Origin: Lytechinus pictus
Taxonomy: Eukaryota
NCBI RefSeq assembly: GCF_037042905.1
Contig: NC_087251.1
Location: 8,992,001-9,056,000 of the forward strand
Direction: 5' to 3'
DNA length: 64,000 bases
Shown here one piece after another: positions 34,501 to 46,500 of the stretch. A program made the position numbers and the translations under genes. The notes beneath the pieces were generated by a model. It saw only the letters and a list, made by a program, of their open reading frames with translations, was not told the origin of the DNA and did no database searches. Position 1 is the stretch's first letter, and each line of letters opens with the position of its first letter.

Positions 34501-37500
34501 GTAAGCATGTCATACGAACCTAAACAAACTAGTTTATTATTTATTCATAAAATCAGTAATGTATTTGTTTATGCATTCATTTATTCATTCACTATTTATT
34601 TCATTTATTTATTTTTCATTATTTTTGTATAAAAATGAAGAAAGTGTATTTTGTTATTTTGGAATTATTTGTTTATTGGTTGATTGTTTCATTTATTAAT
34701 TTATTAATTTCACTTGTTAATAAAATAACACTGATCTATGAAGCGCTGTCTCTTTAAAAACAAGTATACACCCGTGTATACAAATATATATATCCTTTAG
34801 AAAATTTCAGAAAGCAAATTAATGAAAATCAAGTTTGCTAGATAGAGTGAGTATATAAAAAAAAAGCAAAATAAATACATTATGAAGAAAAAAAATCAAT
34901 TTTCTACGAGAAGAAAATGTTTTATTTGCTAAAATTTCCTATTTTTTAATTTCTAAACTATCTTTTACGATGACAGAGAGTTGTAGACCACAAGTTACAG
35001 ATAAACCAGTGAAAACATCAAACACATTCTCTTTCCAAACTCACAGATTCAATAAACACTTTATGAATGAACTTGAGTTGAATACCCCCTTCCTTTTTTG
35101 TTTCTCTTCCTTTCTCTTTCGATCGTTTCTTTGTCGAGGCTTGGGTATTTTTGGATTTAAAAAAAATTATTTTCTTTGCACTGGAATAACGAAGTGTGCT
35201 TTATTATTCAAAATTGATTATGAAATTCAAGGCTTGATTAGTTCCCATTTAAATAATAACAAAGTCAACCAAGTATTCATTTCACTAGGGGGAATTGAGT
35301 AAAATAATGCTTACCACATTTCAAATTTTCTTCAAGTGTTTTCTATATATTTTTTTTTTATTATCAACGACTGTATTAGTACCGAAAATAAATCATGTAT
35401 GTGAATGAATAAACTGGTTTTCATGCAGCTGTCTAATTTCGGTCAGTGACTGGCCGACCGCGGACCCTTCATGAAATCCTTTCTGACAAGGGTTGTCCAT
35501 TGCATTGTCCATAATGATGTTAATCGATTAGCCTAATTAGGATTATTCGAACAGATAAATGTGTCTGGGTAAAATATTCCAGTATTTCCATTTGATTTCT
35601 GCACGTCGTTTTACAATTTAGGAATATCGCATGTGTGTAATGCGGGAATTTTATTACAAAGTTTCTGGTTATTGATTGATTTTCTATCCCCAGTAAACAA
35701 TGGATTGTATACAATGAAGAATAAAATCAGTATACACTGTTAAAAAAATCTGAAATCAGTAGTTAACACTTAATGTATATAAGTAGAATTTATAATTTGT
35801 AATTATTTTTCGTTTTTTCAGTAGTTTTAACTTGTCTTTTAATTTACTTTATTTATTTGGGTTCAATATACATTTAAGAAAATTCACGTATTGATACATG
35901 TAGCTTGCTTCGATTGAGTAAATCTAACTCAATGTGGCAAAGATGATTATTAGCTATATAATCATGTTGAATTTTCTTTTTTTTCTTCAATTAACGCCTT
36001 ATTTAAATAATGAATGAATATTCATTAGAGCAATTAAATGTTTTTTTTTAATAACTGTCATATCTATTTTTATTTGAAATTGTTTTGGATAAGGGTGTGC
36101 TAACTATTTTATTCTTTTGTTGAATCAAAGAAAGAGCAACATTAAATAGTCATTTAGGTGAAAATTTCAGATTTCTTTCTAGGTTTTCGGACAATGCTTA
36201 TATTATTCTCACTGTTTTATTTGTAAGAATGAAACGATCGGGTATAAAATATCAATGTCAGTACCTATACATGTACAGGTAAGTGACAATGCACAAAGTC
36301 TAATATTTGGATATAAGATGTCTAAGATGAAAATGATGTCACTAAAAGTGGGACGACGGGGGAGCGGACTTTCGAATCACGAAAATCCATTCCCAAATAT
36401 GATTTTTCAAATATTTTAGTGATTGTTTTACTTAATTGAATTAAGTTATTGTAACTTAATTTTCTTGAGTAAAATGGATGCAAAGAAAATAAGTAAATTT
36501 TACTGAAAACTGCCAAACTCATAAATACTTGAAAATATTAAGGCAATTTTTTGCCACAATTTTATTGAGTAATTTCAACTAATTTTTTTTTACAGTGTAT
36601 GCTTTAAAAGGCTAACCCACTGCCAAGCTCAAAAGCTTATTTCTAGTGGGGTCCTCGACATATAGAGTCAATGATGAATCAGGAATATCTATAAATTGGT
36701 GCATTTGCGTTTATTTCTTCCCCCTTTTCATATTGCCATTGTTTTAATAGAGTTTTACACTCTAATTTAACTATATAAAAAGGTGTCCGCAATGCAGGGG
36801 CGGATCCATGATTTTGTAAAAGGGAGAGAGCACATTTTAATTTTCCCGTGAAAAATTTGACAAGAAAAAAAAGGAAGGGGGGGGGGGGTTCATAGGTAAA
36901 AAAATTCAGATCATTTCGTCCAACTATTGGACAAGCACAAAAAAATGTATGAAAGGCATATTCCCGTTAAAAATCTATGTTGTGTCTTTCAAAGGGGGGG
37001 GGGCACACTTCTGTAAGAAGGCATATTTACATATGCCAGATTGAGGGGGGGGGCACGGGTCGGATGTGCCCCCCTCAATGTGGCATTGATACAGGTGCCT
37101 ATACGAGTGCTATAGTTAAACTTTATTTCTTGAAAATTTTTAATTTTTTGTTCTCGTTTCTGAAGTAGTAAAGCCCAAGGCCAACCTGCAAACCATATAT
37201 AGTTTTTATTCATTCCAACTTACATTTCATTGGTAAAGATGCACTCATTAAGATGGCAGAAATGCTTTACTAAAATTATATTCAAAATACGTTCAAAGTA
37301 CACATGCAAATAAACCACTGCAAAACAGTGCGTAATTGGAAAGGGAAGCAGATAATTTTACTTTATTATTGCCCCTTTTCCTGATTAGCTAAAATCCCTT
37401 TTTTCGGTGATGAAAGTTTCTCTGGGACAGGAGGGAAGGGAACGGTGTTTAGAGAAAATCAAGAACGCTACGCAGAGCTAGACATTGACAGCTGCGGGTA

Positions 37501-40500
37501 TTTCCGATTTTCATGAAAGACCGCAGTTCGGAAACGCGGAGAAAAGAGGAAGAAATGTGTTAGAAATTGGGAAGGATATTGCATATTATCCGTCTTTTAA
37601 TATACATGAACCAGGGATATGCAATCCCTGCATGAACAATGAACCTCAGCTATCACATGGAATAGGAGTCGTGCCTTGTAAGACCCCTCCCCCCATAAAT
37701 GAACTAGATTGCAATTCATTATTGATACATGATACACCTGCAGACGAGGCAGGCTTTAGTTCTGTAGTATTATTATTGTAATGCTCAACCAATTTCAAAT
37801 CAAGAATTTATTTTATTATTAAGAATATCATGGTCGATTAATTAACATTTTTATTTCTTTACCTAGATACATTCATTCTATCGAAATACTCAATAGCAAT
37901 ACAACTTTTTTTATTTGTTTATTTTTTGATCCACCTGTAGAACATATAGAAGTATGATTCATACATTTTCCTAGGTAACTTCATTGCGGTGTCCGCCTAC
38001 TTTCAATCTCAAATTCCAGTTACTGCATAATTCACCATCATTACCATTAATACTGAGGAAAGTTATGACGGAAATCATGGTCAAGCTTAATTAACTCCAT
38101 CAAACACGTTTACACATTGCAAGAACAGCGGTGATAACAACATAATTATAGTGAGGACATGTGAGGACAAGGACAGGTGAAGATTAAAAAGGTTAGAACC
38201 ATCAGCTTCTGGGTAATAGTGTTGTATTCTAATTGAGCTTTATCAACACTTGTAATTTATTTCCTCAACATCCTCGACATAGTCATGTATGTGAATAATG
38301 TATATTGTGATCAGGAAAGCTCACTGTGTATTTCGACTCTGCTCCCCGCTCTGCTCTAAAGATGGGCGAGGGTTCTGCATAAACGAGCAATGGGCAGGCT
38401 AAATATGGATTCACAAAACTAAATTTAGAAGAATTTACCCCATGAAGCCTCGTTGACTGATTCAATTCAAATGGTTTTTACCACATATGGCAAAAAAAAA
38501 TCCATGTTGAGATTAGCTCAGCTAAATATAGTCCAAACACATATGTTAGTAGTACACTACATGTTTGTTGACTGTGGGAATTTTGACAACATAATCGTGA
38601 AAATATACAAGGCATTTATACATGTATTTACAAATGTACGATTTTAATCACACTTTTTAATTATTAACTTTTACATATAAACTGTCACTGAAATTATTGA
38701 AATCATAATCAAGTCAGAGAATGCTAATATTTTTAACTACAAGACAATCATATATCAACCATTTCTTTTGAAAAAAATAACAACAATTAAACAATAGACT
38801 ACAAGAGGACGCACAAAATTAATATCTGCATATGCTCGTGAAAATGTTTAGCATTTATATTTTATATATTTTACATTTCATTTATTTATTAAAGCATCTT
38901 TCGACAGGATAAAACATTAATCACCTCGCATGCCGTTTCACATAATGTTCCTGCACAAAGAGAGAAATACACACATTAAAAGGAAAGATTACAAATAATT
39001 TGGAATAATTATATACAGCAAAACTAAAGTTCAAATAAATAATACTAAAAGTGAAACATCAAGAAGAAAAAAAAGAACAAACAGTAACATTTAGCTTATT
39101 GTAAGATAAAGAAGTAAAGAAAAAAGAAAGAGGTTTTAGGCCTATACATCGATATGAAATAATGTTAAAACAGGAATAGGCCTCAATCTAAAGCAGTGTC
39201 ATACATGGAAATCATAATAATGATAATTAGATGTGTATTCTTGGGTTATCATGCTAATAATAACAATACTGTAAGTATGTAAGAATGAAATAGAAAAGTT
39301 TTTAAAAAAAATTATTGATTTTTTTATTTAGCATAATCTACAATGATGAATACATTCGTCTAGTTTATCTGGTTAATCAAATTTGTGTTATTTTTTTTTT
39401 TGTAAACCAACGGCTGACGTATTCATTCACATTGTAAATTAAAGACCTATACAGATTTTGATTTTTTTTGTTGTCTACCTGCTGTATGTATATGTATACA
39501 TACAGTGGTGCTAGAAAATTACGGAACCCCACCACAAAATGCGCTCCTTTATGCCCAGTGTTGAATGTAGACAACAACACTACAATGTCAGGCGAGCCCA
39601 GAGAAACAGACTTTATTGAATGTAAAATTTTATCACCTGACGTCATGGCAAAACTTGAACACTTTTAGATATGTCCATTTTCTTGTGGGGTTCACTAACT
39701 TTTTAGCACCACTGCAAAGGTTGGGCAATAAGGCCCGATTTTTAACCATCACTGTGCAACATACTGTTCACGCAACTATTGGTTAAAATCTGTCCAAATT
39801 GGGTAATAAAGCTAATAATTGTGTAAAAAAATTGGCTCCATTGGATAATGATTGCGCAGAATGAATTTTTACCAACATACATTACCCAAACATACATTAC
39901 CCAACACAGAGGACAGTATGTTGCCCAACATTTTAAGTGTGTATATACATTAGTATCGCCTGCATAGCAGAGCAAGATTAATTGGCTAAGACTTCAATGT
40001 TGACGATCTTTAACATTGAAATCTTATAACCAGTGTTATATTTATGAAATATTCTCAACTCGTCAACTCAACATATCATCAACTTAGAAAGTATATGGAC
40101 CTTTTTCACGAAACTTGAATTGTGACATAAGGGTAATTAAGTATGAGTGAACATCCTTCCTGAATTTCAGGTCACATGACCATGGTCAAAGGTCATTTTG
40201 GGTCAAGGAAATTACAGACATTGTTGGGGAATCAACATCGATATCTTAAATGTCATAACTTTAAATGTGGATCTAACTTTAAATAAGGATCTCGTCCGGT
40301 GATCTAGTAAAGCCCCTTTCACAATTGACGTACGACCTGTTTACGACCGCCTGCAACAGTTTTTTCTTGTTGTTGCACGATCGATCTCTTGGTGTCTTGC
40401 GAGCACTCGCAGTGGTTGTAGACGAACGCACGAATTTGAGGTGGTCGGAGGTGGTCGTGACTGGTCGCATCTGAATTTGAACATGTTCAAAATCCAAACG

Positions 40501-43500
40501 CGATCAAATACGATTGATTTACTCGCATCAGGTCGTACCATCGGTCGGGCGATCATCGTGTGAGTGTTGTTCAACGTTGTACGACTTGGTGCGAGAGGTG
40601 ACACAACTACGTATAGTCGCATTTAGTCGACTGGAGGTCGTACAACACTTGCACATGCGCTAGATACCTACAGAGACCAGTCTTGCGACTGGTTGCGATA
40701 ATATAAGACTGTTGCAAGACCGATCGAAATTACGGCTTACAACATTCCACTACCGTTGCATTCGCATGTATGCGACCGTACAGCCCCTTTCACAATTGAC
40801 ATCCGACCAGTTTACGACCGCCTGCAACAGTTTTTTCCTGCTGTTGCACGATCGATCTCTTGGTGACTTGCGAGCACTCGCAGTCGTTGTAGACGGTCGC
40901 ACGAACTCAAGGTGGTCGTGACTGGTCACATCTGAACTTTGAACATGTTCAAAATCAGAACGCGATCAAATACGACTGATTCACTCGCATCAGCTCGTAT
41001 CCGGGGTCGTACCATCGGTCGGGCGATCATCGTGGGAGTGTTGTTCAACGTTGCACGACTTGGTGCGACAGGTGGCACAACTAAGTAGTCGCATTTACTC
41101 GACTGGAGGTCGTACAACACTTGCACATGTGCTAGCGACCTACATGTACAGAGACCTGTCTTGCGACTGGGTGCGATAATATGATGGGCCATAAGACTGT
41201 TGCAAGACCGATCGCAACGGCTTACAACATTGCACTACCGTTGTGTGCGACCGTTCCCCTCGCAATCCCTCGTGCAACACTCGCATGTGATCGCACGAGC
41301 ACAATAGGATCATAAGCGACTTACTCGTGCAACGGGTTTTACTGGTTGTTTTTGTTGTACGACAACTGTTGCAACTGTGAAAGCCTATGTGCGATATTAT
41401 GAGATGACTGGCGATTGATGCCTGTTGCAGCCTGTCGCACGACCAAAAGGTCGCAAGTGGTCGTACGTCAATTGTGAAAGGGGCTTTAATGAAACTTGGA
41501 TGTAAGAGTAACCAAGTATCACTGATCGTCTTGCATGAGTTTTAGGTCACAAGGTCAAAGGTCATATAGGGTCAATGATTTTAGATCCTGCTGGGGAATC
41601 AACATCGAAATCTTAACTAAGGTTAATAAATGTTTGAAATGTCATAACTTTAAAAGAATTTTGATTTAGTTCATGAAACTTGGACGTTAGCAGACGTGCA
41701 AACCGTTCCCTTTTTAGAGTATTTGTTCCTCTTTTTTGGTTGGAATACAATAATACTCTTTTGTATGATTTGTTTCCTTTTTTCTGATCATGGAGTATGT
41801 ATTATACACAGCGCGTGACAATAGCACCGGTCCGACAGTCCGAGATCGGTAAAAATCACTGTCGGGCCAGTTACTTGTTGCGTGAAAAGAACAAGTAAAT
41901 TCTTGCCTACGAGCACATGTTTAAAAGGATGAATTATCAAGTTTTCAAGTGGAGTCATTTCACATGTTTTTCACCGATCTCACTACAAGAGGCTGGTGAT
42001 TGTTACGTTGAGACAAATTGTTAAACATTCTCTTTTTTTTTGTCAAAAATACTTTTTTTCCTTATAAGAATACTTTTTTTTTTGGTTGTAGAAGGTTGGC
42101 AGGTCTGCGTTAGGGTAAGTAAGTATAACTGATCGTCTTGCAAGTAAGACTTAGGTCACATGATTAAGGGCAAATGTCATTTATGGTCAATGAAATCGTC
42201 ATATGAATGATGTTTTTTGGTGAACAATTATTCACCTTGGTTTTCCTCAAAGCCAGCATTGCTGCTATCGCGTATTGCAGGCAAGACTGCCATAGACGTT
42301 CCAGTTGTATTAAAACATATGACATCTAGTCATACAAATAACGAAGTTGGAATACAAACAAATTTAAGTATGATGATATATTATCACCCTACATAGGTTT
42401 CACTGCCTTATGCGAGCGATACAGCATGAGTTCACGATCAGGTTGTGGTACGGACCGTCTTTCTCGAACTCTTAATGACTATCTCGGAGAAATAGTAGAG
42501 AACATCCTGGGCACGGAGGGAGACGTCCTCAAGTTTGCAGGTAGGGTAGAATCACCGGTAGTGTCTTTATAATTTAAGTAGATGTTCACTATTTATCTGA
42601 ACTTATTGACTGGTGCCTCTGACATTGATTACGATACCTCCAAATACAGTTGTTTTTATTATTAATTGGGGTTATTTTAACTTTGTAGTAGACTGTAAGA
42701 TATTTTAGAACTTGAAATGTTCATAACACTATAAAAACACATCAGTTTTACGTTTGATGGTTGTTTGTGTAAATTTATTCTTTCTCTCTCTAATAAGGCA
42801 TATTTGTATACGAGGGTTAATTTTAGCATTATTAATAAAGCATAATTTTGACAAATATAATTATCTGAGTGTTTGCCTCAAATGGCAGAGTTTGATAGCT
42901 TACATGTGTGATGAAAATCAACCTGTTGTTTGCCATTACATCTTTAATATGCTGAAGATTGCGGGGAGGCAATCCCCGGGGGGGGGGCACTCGACCAAAA
43001 AAGTGGTAGGGGTGTGCCGCGGGCGAGGCAAAAAACGGGGGCCTTGGAGCGGGCTTATTGTAAAAAGGAGGGTCCTCGGAACGGGCTTCGGAACTACAAA
43101 TGTTTGCGAAAACGGGGGTCCTCGGAACGGATCTCCCTATCTCTGTGAGTGCGTATGCATCCCTATAGAACGGGCAATCGTGCATGACGCAGCTAGCGCG
43201 GCCTCCGCCGGGTGCGCTCGCGCTTAGGCGATGGTCGAAAAGCGCTCTACGGCCGATTTTCACCAAAATTGTAGCAGATCAATGCGACCGGAACGGCGTA
43301 ACGAAAAATATGCGAAGCTTTGGAGCTGATTTCTTTCTTCTTTTTTCTCGATAAGAAGGAAATGCTATGCCTTGGAGCGGCTTTCTTTGTTCTTTTTCTC
43401 AATAAGACAAAAATGCTATACCTTGGAACGGAAATTTGAGTGTAAAAATGGGGGTCCCCTCCGCGGCACATACCCACTATGCATTATATACTGAGTGCCC

Positions 43501-46500
43501 CCCCCCCCCCCCCGGGAGGCAATCATCCATGTACATGTAGCAGCACTTGTCAGATGGACTATCGATTGTTCTTTTCTTTAAAAACAAAAACAAATAGAAA
43601 CTATATTTGGCATTGTACTGTATTTATTGAGACTCGTCTTTTCCGACACATATCATATTAATGTTGGCAGTAATAAAAAGTCTTGTGAAAATGCGAGGCT
43701 AAATATAGCCATTTTGCCTTGTCATTGAGGAATCTCTGGTATTAAGCATTCATATGGAAGGTCTGTTTGGGATTACGCGGTAGAATCATGATGAAGACAA
43801 TGATATTTCTTGGATACCGGCCATAGATTGCTGAGAGAACGAGGTCATCGAGCAGTGTTGAGGATTTCTGATTCGCAAATACCCCTTCCTTGATGGCGAC
43901 TCGTTTTAAATGATTTCTGTATCCCAGTATATTGGATTTTGAAACGTGTATCATGTATCTTTAAATGACAACTCTCTTGGATTCCAAAGGATAAAATGTG
44001 AATGAAGAAGAAAATATATATTTCTTGTATACATCAAGCTACGTGCAACAATGGAAATGCACACTTGAAAGAACACATGGATTTGATAAGAGCTATCATG
44101 CAATCCAAGTCGTCTTCGGGCCTTTTCACACGTGAATCTTGAATCATCTTTGTAATGATGATTGCTATTGTAATCTTGACTGTGATTAGCGTTCGTAATT
44201 CTAATCATGTTCTAGTTTGGGTTCACACGTGCTAAATATTCGTCATTAGCCGTATTTTTCACTGGAATCATAGGAGGCAAAACCTTGAGATCGCTGGGAT
44301 TCCAGAAGAGAAGCAGGAGAACCCAGCAGATGTAGCATTGATCATCTCCAAAAGGATCGACCCAGATATCACCGCTGGCGACATCGATATTGCACACCGC
44401 CTCGGAGCACCGAAACCGTCTGCCAAGCACCCAAGACCAATAATTGTCAGGTTTACAAATCGAAGAGCTAGGAATGCTGTCTATGATGGTAGGAAGCATC
44501 TACGGGGCACAACTTCTGCGGATCTTGGAATCAACCTTCGCAGCACTTTGAAGATCTTCGTCAACGAGAACCTCGTCGGTGCAACAAGAGAGCTGCTAGG
44601 ACTCGCCAATGGAGCTAGAAAAAATGCTGGGTACAAGTTCTTATGGACTTACAATGGAAAAATATATGTCAGGAAGGACGAGAAATCAGCTCCTGTCATC
44701 ATATTCTCGAAAGAAGATATTTCGAAGCTGAAATAACTGTAAATATGTAATGTCTTTATTTTTTCTTTTACGTAATACTTATGAACGTAATGGATACTAC
44801 ACTTATCAACAGAATTTCGCTTAATGATAACGAAGAACTTGACCCATTTCAAATAACAACAGCATCACTTTCTCCTGAAAATTTTTCCTCGACAAAAGCT
44901 TTTTCTCAGCCATTCTCCATTTCGCACGTGAATGTGAGATCTTTGAATCGCAATTTTGAAATGTTGAAAGAAGTATATGAAGATGAATTGAAATCATTTT
45001 TTGATATAGTCGCATTATCAGAAGTTTGGAATGTTAAAGACGTAAATCATTTTTTAATGCCAGGGTATAATCTTGAATTACAATGTAGAAATATTACAAG
45101 AGGAGGAGGAGTTGGTGCTTATATTCATTCAGGACTTAATTACAAACGAATGCCTAATTTGTCCTTGCACAATGCTGAATCATTATGGCTGAAAATTCTC
45201 ATTCAGGATGTGAGTATCATATTTGGGGTAATTTATAGAAAACCAGAGAGTAACTTTGAAGAATTTAGTCTTGATCTCAACGAACAATTGCATAACTTGA
45301 ATCTAGACAGAAACCATTGCATTATTGTAGGAGATTTCAATATAAATCTTTTATCTCCAACTGAAAGTTGTCGTGATTTTATTCACATGACAGAATGTTA
45401 TGGCTTACGTCAGTTGATAACAAGTCCAACAAGAATAACAAGTTCTAGCATATCTCTCATTGACCATGTTTATACTAATATATATGCCTATCCTATTCAA
45501 GCAGGGTGTATTGAAGTAGATATTTCTGACCATCTCCCAGTTTACTCCGTTTTTAAGAACTTCAAGTGTGTTAAACAAAGAAAAAATAGTGTAACACGGA
45601 GAAACTTTCATAATTTTTCAATAGATTCATTTTGTAATGATCTACATGTTACTACTAATTTTTGGAAAAGCGTTTTAGAATGTATGGATCCTAATGAAGC
45701 TTATAATATTTTCCAAAGACAGTTCTTATTTGTTTGTAATAAACATGCTCCTATTGAGACAAAATGTGTTAAACAGAAAAAGAAAAATAAACCCTGGATA
45801 ACACGGTGTATTAAGCGTTCAATATCGACAAAGCACAGACTTTTTTCTCAAATTATAAAATCAAATTATAATAAAGATTGTTTGAATAAATATAAAAAAT
45901 ACAGAAATCAGTTAACAGCCGTCTTAAGGAAAGCAAAGCAAATGCATTATGAACATAAGTTTGAAGCAGACAAAAAAGATTCAAAGAAAACTTGGGGTCA
46001 TATCAATGAACTTTTGAATAAAAATAGTGGCTCGAATCTGAATTCAAAAATTAACAAATTAGTTGTTAACCAAGAAAATGAACCTTCCGAAATTACTTCA
46101 TCTATTGATATAGCAAATTCACTCAACAATTATTTCTCTACTATTGGGAAAAATCTAGCTGAGAAAATTGAGCAGCCAAATGTTAATTACCGAGAGTTCA
46201 TGGGTCCATACATTAGTCAAACATTTTTCTTCCTGCCAATAACAAGTTCAGAAGTTAAAGAAATGTTATACACTCTTGATCAATCTAAAGCAAGTGGCTA
46301 TGATGACATATCAGTTCGACTGTTGAAATATGCTATGAATTGTATTTGCAAACCTCTTTCGCATATATTCAATCTATCATTTACCACAGGCATTTTTCCA
46401 GATAAATTAAAAGTTGCAAGAGTTATACCAGTTTTCAAAAAGGGAGATAAAGAATTACCTGGAAATTATAGACCAATATCGATTTTACCCGCGATTAGCA

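Larger units (their letters stand above)
39950..42309 (+). mobile_element. Helentron-associated (HINE/DINE-like) element with internal GGTCAAAGGTCA tandem units, hosting two nested insertions
   Basis: Sub-terminal inverted repeat AGTATCGCCTGC (39952) / GCAGGCAAGACT (42277). Repeated CATGAAACTTGG...GGTCACATGACC...GGTCAAAGGTCA units, also present at 33950-34060. The class assignment is inferred from structure. Confidence 0.6.

Noticed and set aside
42754..43477. Overlapping 157-aa and 144-aa ORFs
   Set aside because: They lie across a GC-rich non-autonomous element and have no recognisable domain.
43730..44271. Possible 5' part of LINE ORF1 or an extra sAC exon
   Set aside because: I found no sustained frame continuing ORF1 upstream of 44272, and sAC exons 2 and 3 join directly (KFAG|DAFL) without needing an extra exon.
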